From the NCBI RefSeq assembly GCF_006345805.1, contig NC_043002.1, forward strand, positions 868,001 to 932,000: DNA of 64,000 nucleotides. The letters run 5' to 3'. The position numbers were made by a program, and so were the translations under genes. The notes under the pieces are model-generated. The model did not search any database and was not told where the DNA came from. It worked only from the letters and a program-made list of their open reading frames with translations. How positions within the stretch are numbered: the stretch's first letter is position 1; each line of letters opens with the position of its first letter. This DNA comes from Octopus sinensis (lineage: Eukaryota). Shown here one piece after another: positions 25,851 to 38,024 of this stretch.

Positions 25851-25939
25851 GGCATATGGCATAGTGGTTAAGAGTGTGGGCTACTAACCCCAAGATTCCG
25901 AGTTCAATTCCAGGCAGTGACATGAATAATAATAATAAT
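25851..25939 (+). mobile_element. Short tRNA-derived SINE with (AAT)n tail
   Basis: A box tggcatagtggtta, B box gagttcaattcc, anticodon-like loop CTACTAA, (aat)n tail; no acceptor stem. Confidence 0.7.
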
Positions 25940-26074
25940 CCCACAATTCTGCCTATTATGTATCTTGAATGAGAAACTGTAACTAACGATTAAGATTATT
26001 AACCCCATAAAGAGGTGAAAGAAGAGAGACAGCATAGCAAAAGTTTTGGCTGACTGTCATCCTGTACTCCCTTA

Positions 26075-27002
26075 TTGTTCTTAGTCTTCATAAATGACTT
26101 GCCCGACGACCTTACGCAACACACCCTTCTATTTGCCGACGATGTTCAAACTGGTCGCTCCTCGCGGTGATATAGAGGATCTTCGTCGATGCCTCCACCA
26201 AATTTGGAGGTGGTCTAACGAATGGGACCTGTGTCTGAACGTGTCAAAGTGCTGTCATCTGCCTGTTGGCTCTCCTCCTGCAACTCAACTTGATTTCGAG
26301 CCGGGTCGTCTGCTGCTGGAGGACCTGAATATCTTGGTGGATTCCTCCTTTTCGCCTTCGGCCCAGTGCGTCCATGCTGCCAACAAAGCACGCGGAATTC
26401 TGTTCTTGATTTGACGGTCATTCGGAATGCTCACAGCAGCCATATTCCTACCACTCTATGTCACGCTGGTGAGACCCATATTGGAATACGGGATTCAAGC
26501 CTCTTCTCCTTATCTCCTCAAAGACATACAGCATCTCGAAAGAGTCCAGAAGCTGGCTACCCACAGGGTTCATGGTCTCAAAAATTTGTCCTATGAAGAA
26601 AGGCTGAGGACGCTCGACCTTTATTCTCTAGAAAAACGCCGCCGCAGTGGTGATCTCATTCTCGCCCACAGCATCATAAGCGGAAGGTGTAACCTCTTGA
26701 AAGAGCTGTTCTTCAGTGCTGCTCCAGAGCGTCGGCTGCGGGGTCATTCCGAAAAGCTCTACCTGCGACGATTTCATCTCAATCGAAGGAGAGGAGCTTT
26801 CTCCGTCCGGGTTGCGGATCCGTGGAACAAGCTGCCAGACGAGATGGTGAAGATGCCGACGACCGCTTTGTTCAAAGCCTCCCTTGACCTCAAGTGGCCT
26901 GAACTCTTTACATGAACACCACCCTGTACTTAACTCCATGTCCCCCTACATGGCCTTGCTATTTGCTTTTGAGCCAAATTAACTAACTAACTAACTAACT
27001 AA
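26075..27002 (+). mobile_element. 5'-truncated CR1-type LINE 3' end with (TAAC)n tail
   Basis: FINDLPDD..LFADDV(K)L, WDLCLNVSKC, LVRPILEYG, LERVQK, YEERLRTLDLYSLEKRR, FSVRVADPWNKLP, then (taac)n. Few lesions. Confidence 0.9.
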
Positions 27003-27242
27003 ATGGTATATGCCGGCTGTAGCAACTGGTGGGGAATTCCATTAGAAAAAGTTTTAACTGATTTTGTCAGTAACTATGGGGGCTAGGAAAAAATACAAAC
27101 CACATTCCAATCTGTGCACCCATCTCCACACATGTGCCATTTTTCACGCGAATTCATCCAGCCGTTTGGCTGTGAACCTTAAGACAAGAAAAACTACAAC
27201 GATCGCCCATGTCCAATTTATATTATACATACATACATACAC

Positions 27243-27314
<72 letters not shown>

Positions 27315-27420
27315 ATCTGTGGAGTCATTTTTGTAGAAAAAGGAAATAGTAGTCCTTTGGCTGCTATTTCTATAACTTTCGGTATGTGGTCATACAACTT
27401 GTTGCAAACCCTTATTGTTA

Positions 27421-27460
<40 letters not shown>

Positions 27461-27849
27461 TACTTGGAAATGGATGTATTGCTTAGGCAATGGCAGCAGA
27501 CTGAGATCTTTGAAGATATGATATACTTGAGAAGACCTGTAGAGTAAAGTAAAACCAAAATCATAGCTGTGGCCAGTGCGCCCTGACTGGCTCCCCTTCC
27601 GGTAGCATGTAAAATGCATCATCTGAAACGGACTGATGCCAGTGTACCATGACTGGCTACTGTGCTGGTGGCACATGAAAAGAACCCACTGCACTCTCGG
27701 AGTGGTTGGCACTAGAGTGGGCATCCAGCTGTAGAAATACTGCAAGATCAGATTGGAGCTTGGTGTAGCCACTGGCTCTCCAGACCTCTGTTAAACCGTC
27801 CAACCTGTGGCAGGTTCAATTATATAATAATAACAAACAATATATAATA

Positions 27850-29130
27850 GGTAGAAACTCCATAAGATGCACCCAATGTAAGCTATGGATGTATAAGAGG
27901 TGCAGCAATATTAAAGGGAAATTAACTGATAAGATAGCTTTCATGTGCGGCAGATGCACAGGGACAATAGACACCACAGACACTCAGAAAACAGATTCCA
28001 TCACACTCCAGGGGGAGAAACTAGAAGTAGTTGATAGTTTCCGCTACCTAGGTGACCAAGTTAGTAGTGGAGGTGGATGCTCAGAGAGTATCACCACTAG
28101 ACTACGAATAGCCTGGGCAAAGTTCAGAAAGCTCCTACCTCTACTGGCGACAAAGGGTCTCTCGCTCAGAGTGAAAGGTAGATTGTATAATGCATGTGTG
28201 CAAACTGCAATGCTTCACGGTAGTGAAACATGGGCTGTGACTGCAGAGGACATGCGTAGACTTGAAAGAAATGAAGCTAGCATGATCCGCTGGATGTGTA
28301 ATGTCAGTGTGCATGCATGACAGAGTGTAAGCACCCTGAGAGAAATGCTGGACATAAGAAGCATCAGATGTGGTGTGCAAGAGCGACGCTTGCGATGGTA
28401 TGGTCATGTACTGCGGATGGATGAGGAGAGATGTGTGAAGAAGTGCCACTCCCAAACAGTTGAAGGAATCAGGGGGAGAGGTAGACCGAGGAAGATATGG
28501 GATGAGGTAGTCAAGCATGACCTCAGAGCGTTGGGCCTCACTGAGGCAATGGCGAAAGACCGAGATCTCTGAAGATATGTTGTGACTGCAAAGACCCGGG
28601 CTGCTTCCTGCACCAGTTCCGCATAGCCCCTGCCCATTCAAAGCACCCTGGATCCCAGAACGTCTCGCTGTGCTTGAGGAGACCTGTTGAGTCAAGTACA
28701 TGACCATGAACATCGAAATAAATATCAATGGAAATAGTAGTTGTGTTACCTGTGCCGGTGGCACAAAAAGCACCATCCGAACGTGGCCGTAGCCAGCACC
28801 GACTCGACTGGCTTCTGTGCCGGTGGCACATAAAAAGCACAATCCGAACGTGGCCGTTGCCAGCGCCACCTTGGCTAGCTTCCGTGCCGGTGGCACATTA
28901 AAAGCTCCAACCGATCGTGGCCGATGCCGGACCCCCCTGGCACCTGTGCAGGTGGCACGTAAAAAGCACCCACTACACTCGCGGAGTGGTTGGCGTTAGG
29001 AAGGGCATCCAGCTGTAGAAACTCTGCCTGATCAGACTGGAGCCTGGTGCAGCCCCTGGCTTCCCAGACCTCGGTCGAACCGTCCAACCCGTGCTAGCGC
29101 GGAAAACGGACGTTAAACAATGATGATGAT
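27850..29130 (+). mobile_element. 5'-truncated RTE-A LINE (starts inside the PHD insert)
   Basis: RNSIRCTQCKLW.., FRYLGDQVSSGGG, RLRWYGHVLRM, GRGRPRK.WDEVVKHDL, four 3' UTR units, (GAT)n tail. Confidence 0.9.
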
Positions 29131-29335
29131 ATAAAAAAGAGAGATAGAAACAGGCAGAAACAAGGAAAAATGCCCCTTGTATTTGAATACTTTGGAAATA
29201 TTTAAAAAAAAAGTTTTTAATTTTTCCAAAATTTGTTTTCCATACTTAGAGGTCAAAAAGTTTTAATGACTGAAACCAGTACTAAAATGTTTTTTATGAT
29301 GAAATTATTTTACCTTGACTTATTTTCCTTATATG

Positions 29336-29379
<44 letters not shown>

Positions 29380-29571
29380 TACATATATGGGTACAGGATA
29401 TCACCAACGGTGCAAATAACATGAAATACATAAACAAACGAGGGAAAAACGAGTGAGATACGTAAACGATGATTAAAAACAAATCAAAAACAGGACAAGT
29501 AAACAGAGAAAAAGCCCTTCATCAGTTGTCGGCTGTCTGTCTACTCCTCATTTCAAGTGATAAATGATGAA

Positions 29572-29602
<31 letters not shown>

Positions 29603-30145
29603 CGAAGAAATGAGGTACTCAGAAAATCGGATGGTTTATATTTACAGATATTTATTTGTATATTACATTTTTTATACATCATATAACTCAGATCATGTAT
29701 TAGCACTTTCTCCCATTCTAGCGGGGTTTTCAAATCAAACCAAGTTCCTGTGTGAAAAGTTTTGACCATTTTATAGTGGTATTGAGTTTGTAGTGGTTTG
29801 GAGGAATATAAGACAGTACAAGAGGGTGATGGATGAGGAGAAAGTGAGAGAGAGAGCATGTGTGCATGCGCGCGCGTGTGTGTGTGTGTGTGTGTGTGTG
29901 TATTTGGAATGAGTGCTAAAGAAACAGAGGGGAAGGGAGAGGGAAGAAGAAGAAAATAATTTTTTTGCTCTGCTACACAGGATGTTGACTCCAAGGGGGG
30001 TCCAACGTCTTGGGGCAAAAGAATTTCAGTTTTGACCATTTCATAGTGTTATTGGGTGTGTGGTGGCGGGGAGGTAGACCATAAATTATATTTCTTTTTA
30101 TCCAATGGTGTGTGGTGACTTTTGAGATTGGTCATACAAGAAATA

Positions 30146-31303
30146 CGAGGGTTGATTGAAAAGATGGAATGTGACTAAATGAGGTTTATTTTTCAACATA
30201 GACCTCACTTGTAGTTCTCACACTTTTTCCTTTGGTGTTTGCCATACTTGGAGCCCATTGATGAAGAAGCCTTCGTCGTGTTGGTGAAAAAAGTTATGAA
30301 TGGCAGACATGATGCCATCCTCAGTGTGGTACTGGTTTCCAGCCATGTGTTTTCCATGTTAGCAAACAGATGATAGTGAGACGAGAGGTCAAATCAGAAG
30401 GATAGTGACCAACTAGTTGAAAGCCATAGCCATGCATAGTAACCATTGAAAGCAAGGACATGTGTGCAGGACCATTGTCCTGATGAAAGGAGAGCCCTTT
30501 CGTCAGTTTTGCTGGGCCTCAGCATGTTGGCATAGTATGCTCCATTGATAATGGGGCCATTTTGAAGATAGTCGATAAACACAATGCCTTTTGCCTGCCA
30601 AATAATTAAGGCGGTCACCTTCCCTGCTGATAGAATGACCTTGGTTTCTTTCAAGCAGGGGAGGAGGACTGTTTCCACTGCATGGGGTGGTCTCTGGCTT
30701 AAAGTGATGAACCTAATACTCATCATGGATTGGGATACGTTCATGAAGACTGGCTGGATCCACCTCAAATAATGTCAGATTTTGATCAAGTGTGAGAGAT
30801 GTTGCACCCATCAAGCATGAACCTTCATCATGCCAACTCTCTTATGGGATATGCTAATGACATTGGCTGTTTGATTTATAGTCAGTTGCCTGTTATTTAT
30901 CAACATGTGATGAACAATGTTTTTGTTGGTGGTGGCAGTTGTGGAACCTCCAGACATTGGGTCAGCTTCAAGACTCTCCGTTCCCCTCCTAAATTCATCT
31001 GCCCACTTTTACACTGTTGATAAAGCCCGAGCATTATCCTGTAATGTAGCAACCATGTCAGCATGAACGTCCTTGGGGGCTAAACCCTTTTTCTGAAGAT
31101 TTGTGACAACACCACAATGCCAAATTTTATTTATTTTCAAGAGAAGTTGCTTCTAGTTACTTTCGAAGTCTTTTTCGAACAGTTAGATGTCAGTTTAGTT
31201 GAAAGGAAACAATGCAGTTATAAATAACAAGAGCTGAAATGAATGCAGGCAACATTTCTAGCATCAGTCCTTCATCGTAATCTAATGTTTCAACCCACCC
31301 TTG
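30146..31303 (-). mobile_element. Degenerate mariner transposon
   Basis: TA-CGAGGGTTGATTGAAA left end and imperfect right end tttcaacccacccttg. Minus-strand SAGKVTALIIWQAKGIVFIDYLQNGPIINGAYYANML is a mariner catalytic-domain motif. Confidence 0.82.
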
Positions 31304-31578
31304 TGCTTATTGGTTTCAGTTTTTGAAATTATTTATTTAAGAGAACCAGTGCTCACGATGGTGGCTGTTTTAATGTTTAAAAATTTTTTAAATGATGTAC
31401 AAAAAATTACTATTTAAATACCTCATTTATAAATTAATTCAGTTCTTTGATCTTTGAGGACAAATATATTTGTTACATTGGTGTAGAAATCTTCTTTAAT
31501 CAGTTGTTGAAGTGAATCTTTTTCAATTGAAATAAGATTGACATAAATTCAAAAGATTTTATAAAAGAAACATGTGCA

Positions 31579-31611
<33 letters not shown>

Positions 31612-31614
31612 GTG

Positions 31615-31666
<52 letters not shown>

Positions 31667-31913
31667 CTGTGAATTGAAAGTCAATTTGAATAAAATGGAA
31701 AATAATCTTAATAAATCAACGAAGCAATGAAAGATCCTGATCAAAAGGGAGAAATCTCAAATTAGGACAGGTAAAAAAGCATCCAGCAATGTAACAATGA
31801 TCATTAAGTATCAAAGAGAAAATAAATAATTTTGTTCAGTCGGCAGAACTTTGGTCCTTACTGGCAGAACTGATCTGACTAACAAAGAATTTTGAAAGGG
31901 CTTTTATTTTTAG

Positions 31914-31943
31914 ACAGAGAGGTCAAATCCATTCAACCATGTG
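31914..31943 (+). CDS. Candidate 30-nt WDR37 microexon (TERSNPFNHV)
   Basis: Branch-point-like TGACTAAC (31876-31883), cttttatttttag acceptor, G|GTCAGT donor; phase 0-0, matching the phase-0 end of exon 16116. No homology or transcript support. Confidence 0.3.
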
Positions 31944-32273
31944 GTCAGTCTTTAGTGACCTTAATCATGAAGAACTGACAGAAGTATTGACAGATAGAGA
32001 GAAGAGACTACAGACAATAACAATCATGCATTTTTAACATTGTAAGATTTTGAAGCTATTTTTAATGGGATGGTAAATGAGGTCTTCAATAAGCCAAGTA
32101 ATGCTCTGTTCATATTGCATCTGACATCTTCTTCCAAATAAATTCACTAAGTTAGTTTAATTTTCAATGATTTTGAAGACTTTTTAAATTTCATTACTAA
32201 ATTTATTTTTGATTTATATAAAAATATAAATGGCCTTGCAAAGCATGACTTGCATAACTGGACTACCAATCTC

Positions 32274-32322
<49 letters not shown>

Positions 32323-33142
32323 TTGGCAGTCCACTGTGTTCAAGGAGACCCATCTCTCTCAATGAAAGTGAGGTCCTAAAAGCATTATGTTTATACTTTT
32401 ACTGGGCCCTCCCTGCCCTTACGTCCAATTTATCCCCACAAAACCTTCCCAACACCCATCACTTCATTACTCTTCTGTGACACTATTCAGCTGTGACAAA
32501 CATATTAGAGCTGAATGTGCACATATTTCTCTTCGTTACCCGCTTCCTCCTGGGACCACTTTCTCTTAAAACCCATCCCTCATTCTCAGTACCATCCTTT
32601 TCCAATTTTATTTTCCTTCACTGATTCCCTTTTGTACCTCCAGTTATCTGTCTTTCTCCTCCAAGATACATCTCAGGATGCCGTTATCTTATTCTTAACG
32701 CTTCCTATGTCTGATCATTCTCATGCCATTATGGAAAGAGGACAGATTTATTTTCTGGAGCCAAGAGGACAACTGTAGACCCATTTCTGCCTTGATAGGT
32801 GTCATCTACCTGACATTTGTCCAACCTTATCTCCAGAGGCCAAGCACCCAAGGGACCGAGAGTTAGACACATTAGACACATTTATGGCCTAGGTAGATTG
32901 TGTAGTTTAAACAAAAATGAGCTGAGTGAAATAACTCAAAGTGGCTAGTAGTCTGTATTTGATATACAAATACAGGTATGTCAAATACTATACAACATAA
33001 ATTCTTTCAGTTGTATCTATTACATTTAATCCAAACTTCAGTCAAAACAAATCTAATCTCATTTATCCATTGTGTAAATCCTAAAACGTATGTTAGCTCT
33101 AACATCCTGCCGATAGATTCTGAATGTTCTTTTTTATTTCAG

Positions 33143-33181
33143 ATGCGCTCTAAAAGTGATTATGGTTATACTCTGATGGCG
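33143..33181 (+). CDS. Candidate 39-nt WDR37 microexon with GC donor (MRSKSDYGYTLMA)
   Basis: CTCTAAC branch-like motif (33097-33103), ttcttttttatttcag acceptor, G|GCAAGT GC-type donor; phase 0-0; lies in non-repetitive sequence. No transcript support. Confidence 0.35.
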
Positions 33182-33773
33182 GCAAGTACAATTGTTTTAT
33201 TCAGGCACTAAAGGATGCTAGTTTTGTTTCACATTAAAAAAAAAAGATTGATTATTCATATTTTTCGTTTGGAAATCCTATTTAGGCACTTTTCTATGGA
33301 TCCCATTGCTTCACACTGATATTTTCTTTTGACATTTCCATTCCGCACTTAATTTGTATTGCTTTGGAAGCATTTCTACCTTTAATCAAGCCAGGTGCAT
33401 GTTTGTTTGTTTGTATGGATGTGTGTGTATCTACAAACAACCAGTCACACCCAGTATATACTTTCTTACTCCTTATCCAGAGTGTATGGCCAACATGGAG
33501 AGGGATACCATGGTAAAGGAAAACTCATTCTTAGGTTTAAGCATAAGTGGAATCAAACACTAAAATCTCTGCAGCTTAATGTAAAGCTTTTGGGAAAGTT
33601 ATTCCCCTTGGATTGATCTGCATAAAACGTGTCATGATGCATCAAAACAATTTGAGTTGAAGAAACAGAACAACAAAAAGAATTATATCCTGCAACCAAG
33701 CGACATATTTGTCAAGATCCTGGTCAAAATCAAAATGATCAGTGTCGTCATAGTGACTCAAATTACATTCACA

Positions 33774-33927
33774 GGCAACAAACTGGCAGAAATGTTAGTT
33801 AGCACGCTGGGTGAATGCTTAGCGGTATTTTGTCTGTCTTTATGTTCTGAGTTCAAATTCTTCCAAGGTCAACTTTGTCTTTCATCCTTTCGGGATTGAT
33901 AAATTAAGTACCAGTTGCATACTGGGG
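33774..33927 (+). mobile_element. tRNA-derived SINE with Nin/Deu-like domain, 3'-truncated
   Basis: ctggcagaaatgttag A box, gagttcaaattc B box, ggtcaactttgtctttcatcctttcgggattgataaattaagtaccag Nin-like core; abuts the RTE-B fragment. Confidence 0.7.
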
Positions 33928-34802
33928 TTCTCTTCTTTATGCCTGCGAGACGTGGGTCACATATCAATACCACCTTAAACAACTGGAACATTTCCATCAC
34001 ATGTGTCTCAGACGGATCTATAGCATTAAGTGGAAGGTCCGCATCAGTGATCTTGAAATATTGGAAGGCTTTTGGTGTGAAAGTATAGAAGCTCTTGTGT
34101 TAAAGCAAAGGCTCAGATAGAGTGGTCATCTGGTCAGGATGAAGGATTCAAGGATGCCAAAACAACTTTTTTATAGAGAGTTAGCTAAAGGAGAACGACC
34201 TCCACATCAACCAAAAAAGAGGTATAAGGACTTGCTGAAGGCTTCCTTAAGAGATGCTTGCATCTCTCCTGATACATGGGAAGGCATAGCTATTGATCGT
34301 AGCAGGTGGAGAAGCATTATTCATGAGGGGACAGCCACTTTTGAGAAATCTCGAGTTGCACATGAGAAAGTAAGGAGGGATGTCAGGAAGGGCATCCCTG
34401 TTACACTTCCAGATGGGAAGGGTCTTCCTATGATGCTGACATGCAGTGTCTGTGCAAGACCCTGCCTCAGTAAAGCTGGACTCAAGAGTCATCTTCGTAG
34501 TCATAAAGCCAGACAGACGAGTGACAACCTGGCCACTGGTGGTGGTGTAACACACCATACTAATCATATCTGCCGGGCATGTGGAAGAGAGTGTAATTTG
34601 GCAGGGGGACTTAAACGACATGCAAAGGTACATGAAGCCCAGTTACAACTACAGCCGGCTATTACCGGTAAAGGTTTTAGTTGCCAATTCTGTACAAGAC
34701 AATGTAGATCTTTGGCTGGGCTAAAAAGTCACATTCGATCACAGCACCAGTAACAGTTAAGCTTCGTGCAATGGCCATACTCGATAAAGAGGGGGCAGCC
34801 AT
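33928..34802 (+). mobile_element. 5'-truncated RTE-B (BovB-like) LINE 3' end with three C2H2 zinc fingers
   Basis: SLLYACETW..., RLR*SGHLVRMKDSRMPKQLFY, PKKRYKD, IDRSRWRS, then three C-x2-C-x12-H-x3/4-H motifs; one in-frame stop. Confidence 0.88.
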
Positions 34803-35452
34803 AATGTATATATATATTTATGTATGTATATGTATGTATACATGTATGTATACATGTATGTATATGTATGTATATATGTATGTATATGTATGTATATATA
34901 TATATATATCTATGTATATATATATGTATATATATGTATATAAATGTGTATATAGATATGTGTGTACATATATATATGCATATATGTAATGTATATGCAT
35001 ATATATATATGTATGTGTATATGTATATGCATATATATATATATGTGTGTGTGTATATGCATATATATGTGTGTGTGTGTGTGTGTATATATGTGTGTAT
35101 ATATGTATGTATATATATATGTATATATGTATGTATATACATATATATATATATGTATATATATATGTATATATGTATGTATATACATATATATATATAT
35201 GTATATGTATGTATATCATCATCATCATCATCATCGTTTAATGTCCGCTTTCCATGCTAGCATGGGTTGGACGGTTCAACTGGGGTCTGGCAAGCCCGAA
35301 GGCTGCACCAGGCCAGTCAGATCTGGCAGTGTTTCTACAGCTTGATGCCCTTCCTAACGCCAACCACTCCGAGAGTGTACATATATATATATGTATATGT
35401 ATGTATATGTATGTATATACATATATATATATGTATGTGTATATATATATAC

Positions 35453-35505
<53 letters not shown>

Positions 35506-35507
<2 letters not shown>

Positions 35508-35774
35508 ACTTATAAAATAAGGGCAAAAGAAAAATTCTAATGCCAAATATGCCGAAAATAGACAAAATTGTCAATAACCATTATAATTTATGCGTCTCGA
35601 AACAAGCCGATAGAAATTTCTAAAAAGTTCCGTTATAACGGTAATAACGGAATTTTTTAGAAATTTCTATCGCCTTGTTTCGAGACACATAAATTGTAAC
35701 AGTTATTGACAATTTTGTCTATTTTCGGCATATTTGGCATTAGAATTTTTCTTTTGCCCTTATTTTATAAGTTA
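35506..35774. repeat. 269-bp near-perfect hairpin (fold-back/MITE-like)
   Basis: taacttataaaataagggcaaaag ... cttttgcccttattttataagtta; ~130-bp arms with a few mismatches and a ~7-nt centre near 35637-35643; preceded by (TA)n. Confidence 0.9.
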
Positions 35775-36366
35775 TTTATAAATTTAACCTTTAAAGGTAT
35801 TTTTTAATATGCTGGCCATTGATAAAATTTTTTTCAAAAAAATTTTATCCTACATTAGATGTATATATATATGTATATATATATGTATAAGCAACATATA
35901 AGTTAGAGGTTATACAACCATCTAAGGGATAGAAGTATCTGTAGGCACTCCTGGTGTATTACCTCACTATGTATAGTTCTAGTTATAAGGTATGCGGTAG
36001 TAGGTGATTTAAAGGTAAAACCATGGTTTAATATACATAGAGAAGATTAGAAATGGAGCAATAATTAACAATGCGAAGTGGATCATTGGTGTTTAAATGT
36101 CATTGTTTAATTGTGTTTGGAACCATTTACAGCTGTTTCTGTTTATCAAATCGGAGTAAATTTGCATTTACCTCTCTTTCTCTTGTTTCAGTCATTTGAC
36201 TGCGGCCATGCTGGAGCACTGCCTTTAGTCGAGCAAATCGACCCCGGGACTTATTCTTTGTAAGCCCAGTACTTATTCTATTGGTCTCTTTTGCCGAACC
36301 GCTAAGTGACGGGGACGTAAACACACCAGCATCGGTTGTCAAGCAATGCTAGGGGGACAAACACAG

Positions 36367-36408
<42 letters not shown>

Positions 36409-36410
<2 letters not shown>

Positions 36411-36949
36411 TTATTATATAGAAGGAGCTTCTACAGGACTAGAACTGTTTCATTCAAGAGAAATCTTCAGGAAGCTAGTTAACAAGAATTGTATTGGCAT
36501 TTATACATTTAGGCAGGTTTAAAGGGGTGTTGGTGGGGGACTTTTTTAGGGTAGGCATAGCGCAAAATATCATACTTGGGGGAGTGGTCAAGGAGTCAGT
36601 GTTAAATTAGATAGAAGAATAAATAAAAAAATAAAAAAATAAAAAAATATATAAAAAAAGGGGAATAGAGTTTTAGGTAAATAAGGAGATTCTCACTTAT
36701 ACCTATGCACATATGTATACATATATACACACGCATACAAACCTATATACATATACATACACACATACATACACACACATATATATACATATATATACAC
36801 TTACACATACATATACATATCTACACATACACACACATACTCACATACACGCATACACACACAAATCCACACACACACATGCACACACAGCACACTAGTC
36901 CCTATATACACATATATACACATACACACATATATACACACACATACAT

Positions 36950-37001
<52 letters not shown>

Positions 37002-37218
37002 GTGTACCTATGTGTATATATATATATATACTGCACGCATTTTTTTTCTCTCCTTCTTTCTGTGTTTTTCTCTCTCTGTGTATCTTTCTGTTGAAGAGCG
37101 TAGGCTCGAAACGTTAAAGACTTGTTTTATTTATATTTCCTGAGCGCCATACTAATACAATTGTTCGTTTGTTTTCCACCTGCCTTCGTCTTTTGTTTAT
37201 TTTCATAAAGCTTCCCGT

Positions 37219-37257
<39 letters not shown>

Positions 37258-37891
37258 ATATATGTGTGTATGTGTATATATGTGTATATAGGGACTAGTG
37301 TGTTGTGTGTGCATGTGTGTGTGTGGATTTGTGTGTGTATGCGTGTATGTGAGTATGTGTGTGTATGTGTATATATATTTTTCTGTGTGTATATGTATGT
37401 GTGGTCGTGTGTGTATATATACATGTGTGTATACGTGTATGCATGTGAGTGTGTGTATGTATACATATATGTGTATGTGTAGATATGTATATGTATGTGT
37501 AAGTGTATATATATGTATATATATGTGTGTGTATGTATGTGTGTATGTATATGTATATAGGTTTGTATGCGTGTGTATATATGTATACATATGTGCATAG
37601 GTATAAGTGAGAATCTCCTTATTTACCTAAAACTCTATTCCCCTTTTTTTATATATTTTTTTATTTTTTTATTTTTTTATTTATTCTATCTAATTTAACA
37701 CTGACTCCCTGACCACTCCCCCAAGTATGATATTTTGCGCTATGCCTACCCCAAAAAAGTCCCCCACCAACACCCCTTTAAACCTGCCTAAATGTATAAA
37801 TGCCAATACAATTCTTGTTAACTAGCTTCCTGAAGATTTCTCTTGAATGAAACAGTTCTAGTCCTGTAGAAGCTCCTTCTATATAATAAAT
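36409..37891. repeat. ~1.5-kb inverted repeat (probable tail-to-tail Penelope-like fragments)
   Basis: 36409 to ~36990 is the reverse complement of ~37220-37891 (right arm has ~100 extra bp). ORF track gives identical translations at 36705(+) and 37598(-). Unique spacer at about 37030-37218. Confidence 0.93.
37083..37120 (+). ncRNA. Minimal type I hammerhead-ribozyme-like motif with variant core (CUGUUGA)
   Basis: TCTTT-CTGTTGA-A-GAGC-GTAG-GCTC-GAAAC-GT-T-AAAGA: 5-bp stem I, 4-bp stem II, palindromic ACGT stem III, GUU site after 37115; A6 replaced by U. Confidence 0.55.
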
Positions 37892-37957
37892 TAATTTTAC
37901 TCTGCTATGTATTGAGTACCTTATTTACTGTGGGTAACCCCGAATCAACCCGGGACC

Positions 37958-38024
<67 letters not shown>

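Noticed and set aside
25851-25939. Functional tRNA gene
   Set aside because: No acceptor stem, a mismatched anticodon stem and an (AAT)n tail indicate a SINE.
29455-29530. CTGATGAAGGG on the minus strand as a third hammerhead
   Set aside because: No stem II partner or GAAAC downstream; at most a decayed pLTR fragment.
32380-32800. Possible Penelope GIY-YIG remnant (similar hints at 14400-15200 and 38240-38670)
   Set aside because: Only faint motif echoes and no catalytic residues could be aligned confidently.
34729-35574. Long ORFs rich in Y/I/M/C/V/H/T (also 6570-7155, 36705-37600, 44044-44667, 47890-49116, 52438-53248, 57229-58053)
   Set aside because: They are translations of TA/TG/CA microsatellites, which lack stop codons.
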